Below, in pieces: positions 47,822 through 51,648 of a stretch of 51,648 bases of DNA (the stretch's first letter is position 1; each line of letters opens with the position of its first letter). The position numbers and the translations under genes were made by a program. This DNA is from a virus (Duplodnaviria > Caudoviricetes). The notes beneath the pieces are model-generated. The model saw nothing but the letters and a program-made list of their open reading frames with translations. It ran no database searches and was not told the origin of the DNA. The DNA is taken from positions 1 to 51,648 of IMG/VR virus record IMGVR_UViG_3300044513_001130. One strand, written 5' to 3'.

Positions 47822-47938
47822 AAGCTCGTCGAGATTTTGTATGATGCTTAGATATTATACATGTTTCTCGACGAGATTGCAAGCTATTCTCGCACCTTCT
47901 CGTAGAGATCATAGTAGTATATATGCATTCTCGTCGAG
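47717..47938. repeat. Cluster of CTCGWCGAG palindromes
   Basis: Perfect copies at 47717, 47765, 47825, 47867 and 47930; one-mismatch copy at 47899. Confidence 0.85.
47854..47882 (-). promoter_or_regulatory. Sigma70-type promoter with a palindrome in its spacer
   Basis: TTGCAA-tCTCGTCGAGaaacatg-TATAAT (17-nt spacer). Confidence 0.75.
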
Positions 47939-47999
47939 ATTATGTGCTTCTCGTAACATAAGACTGTGTGGGTCTCAGAATTTTTCGCCGCCGCCGTAC

Positions 48000-48028
48000 T
48001 TGACAAACTGCGCGTCTTATGGTACGCT
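48000..48028 (+). promoter_or_regulatory. Plus-strand sigma70-type promoter
   Basis: TTGACA-N17-TACGCT with extended TG. Confidence 0.6.
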
Positions 48029-48051
48029 CGCTAAACTCACAAGACCAGGAG

Positions 48052-48090
48052 GGGTTTATGAGGTTTTAATGGAGGTTTTATGAGGTTTAT
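48052..48090 (+). repeat. Four tandem G(A/G)GGTTT(T)AT-like units
   Basis: gggtttat gaggttttaat ggaggttttat gaggtttat. Confidence 0.75.
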
Positions 48091-48098
48091 AAGTACCT

Positions 48099-48150
48099 TT
48101 CTCAACAATAAAACCTTATTGATTCTCAACTATTATCATCTTATTGAGAA
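48099..48150 (-). repeat. Right copy of the 52-bp triple-box inverted repeat
   Basis: Minus strand TTCTCAATAA-N11-TTGAGAATCAATAAG-N9-TTGAGAA. Confidence 0.85.
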
Positions 48151-48229
48151 CGGTATAAACAACAACTTTATATTTAAAAAGGTATTTTTTAATTAAATTT
48201 AACCTATTTTTACCATATTTTGTTGATTT

Positions 48230-48670
48230 TCACACATTTTCCTCTCTGGGACCATCATAACCCTCTGGATAATTAAACTCCCATTGTTCACCCTTCCAAG
48301 TCCATGATGATTCCTTCCATTCATACACAAAACCAACCTCTTTATCACCTTTTGGGAACACTGGATAATCGCGCTCTTCTACCATAAGCTCGGTATGAGT
48401 ATCCTCTACATTAACCTCAGGAGCACTCTTCTCTACTGTATTCCATTTACCAATAGGACATGAGTTACCAGCAAAGATAACCTTAGCATTTAAGAAACAA
48501 CCACATTCCTTACAACGATTCATGATATAGTCATGATGCTCACATAAGGAACAAATATTCAATCTTTCCTGTTTCACCTCATCAGAAACAATATATGGGT
48601 TCTTTACTACATTACCCACTGATTGAATTAGATTCTTTGCCTGTTGTCCTATTGATGGATAGTCACTCAT
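48230..48670 (-). CDS. Cys-rich metal-binding protein (146 aa)
   Basis: RLNICSLCEH...RCKECGCFL...SCPIGKW. Confidence 0.8.
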   Translation of the reverse strand: MSDYPSIGQQAKNLIQSVGNVVKNPYIVSDEVKQERLNICSLCEHHDYIMNRCKECGCFLNAKVIFAGNSCPIGKWNTVEKSAPEVNVEDTHTELMVEERDYPVFPKGDKEVGFVYEWKESSWTWKGEQWEFNYPEGYDGPREENV

Positions 48671-48912
48671 TTCTCTTCGTAAATGTTGTTCCTTGTTTTT
48701 ACATATTTAAGTTGTTTCCAGGATTCAGGGAAACATATAACCAGTGTTCTTTCCTTCTTATGATGTGTACCATTAGGGAGATCTTCTGGATGCTTTGGTT
48801 TAGTTTGTGTCTCAATAGTGATATAAGCACTATCTTTAAAATAGATCCATCCTTCTACACTAAACTTTCCTTTTTCCCACCTCACATAATCATTGACCTT
48901 TGGTTCATACAT
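48667..48912 (-). CDS. Hypothetical protein (81 aa)
   Basis: Tightly packed ORF, ATGA coupling. Confidence 0.8.
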   Translation of the reverse strand: MYEPKVNDYVRWEKGKFSVEGWIYFKDSAYITIETQTKPKHPEDLPNGTHHKKERTLVICFPESWKQLKYVKTRNNIYEEK

Positions 48913-48914
48913 TA

Positions 48915-49190
48915 TCAGATAAATGCTGCTTCTAATGGATTTAGGTTTAATTGCATAGCACTATATGGCGTCGTGCTCTTTATGTCTACCTTATCTCCTT
49001 GCTTGGAGGAGTTAATAGGTGCATAGTATGATTTTGATTTTGTGTCGTAGAATCCCCATATGGATTTGGGAGTTTTGTCGGTATAAGAAAACTCCCCATG
49101 ATTACAGATCCAGATAGCAATAAGATTACGTTTGAACGATTCAAATTCATAACTATAACCTTTGGGTGCTTTGTGGGGAAACTCAATCAT
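48915..49190 (-). CDS. Hypothetical protein (91 aa)
   Basis: Tightly packed ORF. Confidence 0.8.
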   Translation of the reverse strand: MIEFPHKAPKGYSYEFESFKRNLIAIWICNHGEFSYTDKTPKSIWGFYDTKSKSYYAPINSSKQGDKVDIKSTTPYSAMQLNLNPLEAAFI

Positions 49191-49348
49191 TGATCAACAC
49201 GGATTCTCAAATGATTAGGATTGTATCCTTCTTCTAGGTAATTACGCAGCAGGACTGATGCTTGTTCTTTAGTCAACTGAATAGCAGTAGGATCAATTAA
49301 TGTCCATCCTGATGTTGACTCCTCTTCAATGCGATAAAGGTTTTCCAT
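49187..49348 (-). CDS. Hypothetical protein (53 aa)
   Basis: Manually found ORF MENLYRIEEESTSGWTLI...GYNPNHLRIRVDQ fills the gap; ATGA coupling. Confidence 0.8.
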   Translation of the reverse strand: MENLYRIEEESTSGWTLIDPTAIQLTKEQASVLLRNYLEEGYNPNHLRIRVDQ

Positions 49349-49354
49349 ATTCAA

Positions 49355-49585
49355 TCAAGTAATAAATGCATCGATAATACCAGACTCATAATCGTCCTTC
49401 AGTGCGAACTTTTGTGCAGTCACAACCTTCTCCATAATCAGATTCTGATATGCAGCATCAAACTGTTGCTCATCAACCAGAATCTCAAATGCCTCAGTAT
49501 CATCATCTGCAATGAGACTGATCACACCACCATATTCCGAAGAAGGAAATGGTACCCAATAATCAACAATGTAAAGTGATTTCAT
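49355..49585 (-). CDS. Hypothetical protein (76 aa)
   Basis: YIVDYWVPFPSSEYGG motif; has its own promoter. Confidence 0.85.
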   Translation of the reverse strand: MKSLYIVDYWVPFPSSEYGGVISLIADDDTEAFEILVDEQQFDAAYQNLIMEKVVTAQKFALKDDYESGIIDAFIT

Positions 49586-49598
49586 CTGTGTTTGTAAA

Positions 49599-49832
49599 TT
49601 ACTCCTTAATTGTAGTCGAACTTGATCCTTTTGTCAATGAGATCTGCCTCTCTAATTCATACTTAACACCATAGAGTTTCCCACACATGTAATTCTCATA
49701 TGGATTACCCTTCAGTAGATTCAACATGTTGTGCGTTTGCATCAGTGCCAAATGCAACTTCGTTTCTTGTGAAAAGGGGGATGACGTTTTCTCCATAATA
49801 ATTCTCAATGTACGTTTGTTCTGCAACAGCAA
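49599..49832 (-). CDS. Hypothetical protein (start uncertain, possibly MEKTSS at 49796)
   Basis: ORF fills the gap. Confidence 0.65.
   Translation of the reverse strand: MLLQNKRTLRIIMEKTSSPFSQETKLHLALMQTHNMLNLLKGNPYENYMCGKLYGVKYELERQISLTKGSSSTTIKE
49609..49637 (-). promoter_or_regulatory. Sigma70-type promoter
   Basis: TTGACA-N17-TACAAT. Confidence 0.75.
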
Positions 49833-49859
49833 TCAGTGCCTTAGCCAATTCTAAATTAG

Positions 49860-50042
49860 TCATACAAACTCATGAAGATAATAATCAACAGTCACCTCCA
49901 ATTCTGCTGCCTTTTGTTCATAGAAATGATCAGTATACTGTTTTGCCTCCTCCCACTTCTCATAATTATCAATCTCAGTTTCAGAATGCCGCATGAAGTC
50001 TCCGAATGCAGTTAGAAATTGGCGAATGTCTTCATCGTTCAT
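49860..50042 (-). CDS. Hypothetical acidic protein (60 aa)
   Basis: EQKAAELEVTVDYYLHEFV; TAATG coupling. Confidence 0.8.
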   Translation of the reverse strand: MNDEDIRQFLTAFGDFMRHSETEIDNYEKWEEAKQYTDHFYEQKAAELEVTVDYYLHEFV

Positions 50043-50182
50043 TAGTACGTCCTCAGTGCAGAAAGTTTACCATGAAGATAAATCAAGTCGGATACTTGAA
50101 ATAAGGTTTCCTCAAGATCCTGAGACTCAAGAAGATCAATCAAAAGATTAATCTCATCCTGAGTCAGTTGCAGTGTTTCCAT
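50042..50182 (-). CDS. Hypothetical protein (46 aa)
   Basis: Manually found ORF METLQLTQDEINLLIDLLES..., coupled at both ends. Confidence 0.7.
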   Translation of the reverse strand: METLQLTQDEINLLIDLLESQDLEETLFQVSDLIYLHGKLSALRTY

Positions 50183-50322
50183 CAGAATAACTCCAGTTGT
50201 GCGAATTGCAGATGATCATCACAAGAATCATCATCCTGCAAATCAATCATAGCAGCATCAGTATGAGTGAGAAGTTTGTCGAAAAGGAAATTAACAAACT
50301 CACGGTTCTCTTGAGTGATCAT
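50182..50322 (-). CDS. Hypothetical acidic protein (46 aa)
   Basis: Manually found ORF MITQENREFVNFLFDKL...; GGAGG SD. Confidence 0.75.
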   Translation of the reverse strand: MITQENREFVNFLFDKLLTHTDAAMIDLQDDDSCDDHLQFAQLELF

Positions 50323-50348
50323 TGGTTTCCTCCCCTGTTGATGTCCTT

Positions 50349-50406
50349 AGTATAGGTCAGAATGACGGGACCACATCGTTCCGTAGTCCAGTTTCCGAAG
50401 TGTCCA
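50349..50406 (-). promoter_or_regulatory. Early promoter with variant dyad
   Basis: TGGACACT-N8-TGGACTA-N29-TATACT, inside the 3' end of the upstream gene. Confidence 0.55.
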
Positions 50407-50560
50407 TCTGGTTCATCACAAAACTCAGTTTACTATACAGTGCAGATACACTTCCATATTCATGAGCAATCTGATTCTCATCACGATTCTCCAGTAGTTG
50501 AAGTGCAGATAGAATTACACCTATCTCATGAACATTTAGTTTTACCTCTGTTTCAGTCAT
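50357..50560 (-). CDS. Hypothetical protein (67 aa)
   Basis: Start trimmed to MTETEVKLNVHEIG. Confidence 0.75.
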   Translation of the reverse strand: MTETEVKLNVHEIGVILSALQLLENRDENQIAHEYGSVSALYSKLSFVMNQMDTSETGLRNDVVPSF

Positions 50561-50601
50561 AATCGTATCAATAACTCTGGTTGGATTTGGTAAAGAAATC
50601 A

Positions 50602-50838
50602 TCAGCACGCACAGGGGAAATACTCTTGAGGTTCGGTCAGAAAGTCAGTCACCTCATAACCAATATTAAGACGTGCAGCAACAGTCTCAACCATTTCCTT
50701 CTTATTCATCAAACGCATCGACTTGGTTTGCTCATCTCCCATGAACTTGAGAGTATAAACAAACTTATCGGTCAGAATGTTGTGAGGACGGAACTCAACA
50801 ACCATTGCACGGGATTGACCTTGTGAAGTGAGTTGCAT
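50602..50838 (-). CDS. Hypothetical protein (78 aa)
   Basis: GGAGG SD; has its own promoter. Confidence 0.8.
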   Translation of the reverse strand: MQLTSQGQSRAMVVEFRPHNILTDKFVYTLKFMGDEQTKSMRLMNKKEMVETVAARLNIGYEVTDFLTEPQEYFPCAC

Positions 50839-50864
50839 GGGGTGCCTCCCTTGATTACCTTGTA

Positions 50865-50922
50865 ATTATAGCACCCTCATCAGGCGGTTTGGGAAGCAGT
50901 GGGACACCTCCTCAACCGTCAC
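50865..50922 (-). promoter_or_regulatory. Early promoter with dyad motif
   Basis: GTGACGGT-N8-TGTCCCA-N29-TATAAT, embedded in the peptidase 3' end. Confidence 0.7.
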
Positions 50923-51342
50923 AAACCCTCTGTCTACCAAATACTCATGGTACAATTCCTCTTCCATATGACGTGCTTCTACCTCATGAGGTTGATACCA
51001 ATACTCATACTTATCGACTGGTTCTTTAGAATAACACAATTTTCCATAACGGGAACGCAGCACACCATCTACCCATTGCTTCATATGAGTCAGTTCATGC
51101 AAAAGAGTTTTTACATACAACTCCTTACCCATATAGGTATTCATCTCAATCAGAAAGTGACGTGGGCGATAATATTCACCAGCAACATCACAATACCCAT
51201 ACACTTGCTCACGATTCAGACCACGATGTACAATGTCCAACGTGATCTTATGACGTGGGAAATACTTATTCAGAAACCAAGAGGTAACATCCTCACAGAG
51301 TTTCTTAGAATAACCGTATCCAGAATGGTGGATGTAAGACAT
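50866..51342 (-). CDS. HEXXH zinc metallopeptidase-like protein
   Basis: TLLHELTHMKQW...QPHEVEA; start trimmed to MSYIHHSG. Confidence 0.75.
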   Translation of the reverse strand: MSYIHHSGYGYSKKLCEDVTSWFLNKYFPRHKITLDIVHRGLNREQVYGYCDVAGEYYRPRHFLIEMNTYMGKELYVKTLLHELTHMKQWVDGVLRSRYGKLCYSKEPVDKYEYWYQPHEVEARHMEEELYHEYLVDRGFVTVEEVSHCFPNRLMRVL

Positions 51343-51404
51343 GAACCCCAGTGCATTAACCAAATGAAAGAACTAATGAATACAAGTTTATGAGTTGTCG
51401 TCAT
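51270..51404 (-). CDS. Hydrophobic peptide overlapping the peptidase 5' end (44 aa)
   Basis: Manually found ORF MTTTHKLVFISSFIWLMHWGSCLTSTILDTVILRNSVRMLPLGF, ATGA-coupled to the upstream stop. Confidence 0.5.
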   Translation of the reverse strand: MTTTHKLVFISSFIWLMHWGSCLTSTILDTVILRNSVRMLPLGF

Positions 51405-51604
51405 CCCCATGCCTCAACATAATCCATAAGACTAAATTCTTCATCGACACATGCTTCCTCAACTAACTCATCATAAGTCATGTCCTTTAGCATTGTGAGA
51501 TAAACTTCTGGTGCAATATCTACATCAGGATCATAATCATCATGACATAACCACACATACTCATTGAAGAGTGCCTCAATCAGTTGTTCTTTAGTCAAGA
51601 TCAT
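51401..51604 (-). CDS. Hypothetical acidic protein (67 aa)
   Basis: AGGA SD; ATGA coupling. Confidence 0.8.
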   Translation of the reverse strand: MILTKEQLIEALFNEYVWLCHDDYDPDVDIAPEVYLTMLKDMTYDELVEEACVDEEFSLMDYVEAWG

Positions 51605-51648
51605 TGTCCTTGTTGAGATGATTGAACCAGGGTGAAAAGAGTGCTAGT

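Noticed and set aside
43190-47958. Shared GCTT(C)TCGTAACA at ~43190 and ~47946
   Set aside because: Too short, and only two copies.
47630-48083. Plus-strand ORFs 47630-47851 and 47841-48083
   Set aside because: The hydrophobicity of the first mirrors the Asp/Tyr codons of the minus-strand ORF; the second runs through promoters and repeats.
41968-51363. Upstream extensions of ORF-track starts at 42285, 46084, 46946, 47361, 50608 and 51363
   Set aside because: They overlap neighbouring genes or run through the gene's own promoter, so internal ATGs were chosen.
1-51648. tRNA genes, introns, inteins, integrase or transposase
   Set aside because: None was recognised. gp17 and gp20 are uninterrupted and of normal length. 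tRNAscan and Infernal were not run.

Overview
This window is 51.6 kb of a T4-like cyanomyovirus-type genome (Kyanoviridae-like), with essentially all genes on the minus strand. Positions 1-40.9 kb hold the AT-rich late virion block, in transcription order gp25-gp6-gp7-gp8-large structural protein-gp13-gp14-gp15-gp16-[inserted genes]-gp17-gp18-gp19-gp20-gp21-gp22-gp23 (partial), with T4-type late promoters (TATAAATA and variants). Positions 40.9-43.1 kb hold a small cluster: AbrB-like protein, GT2-like glycosyltransferase, two short peptides, ATP-grasp-like protein and a gene with a structured leader. From 43.3 kb to the end is an early-type array of short genes that starts GC-rich; many genes have their own sigma70-like promoter with a conserved dyad 29-30 nt upstream of the -10. 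The most unusual signals are: (1) a ~760-bp segment (47392-48150) bounded by two inverted 52-bp triple-box sites, containing CTCGWCGAG palindromes and an antisense promoter (candidate origin or invertible switch); (2) a divergently transcribed candidate sRNA; (3) regional loss of CCGG/AGCT/GGCC sites; (4) a pseudoknot/riboswitch-like leader; (5) a candidate gp21-cleaved internal-head polyprotein; (6) an NblA-like ORF missing from the ORF track. All family calls come from motif recognition by eye, without database searches.
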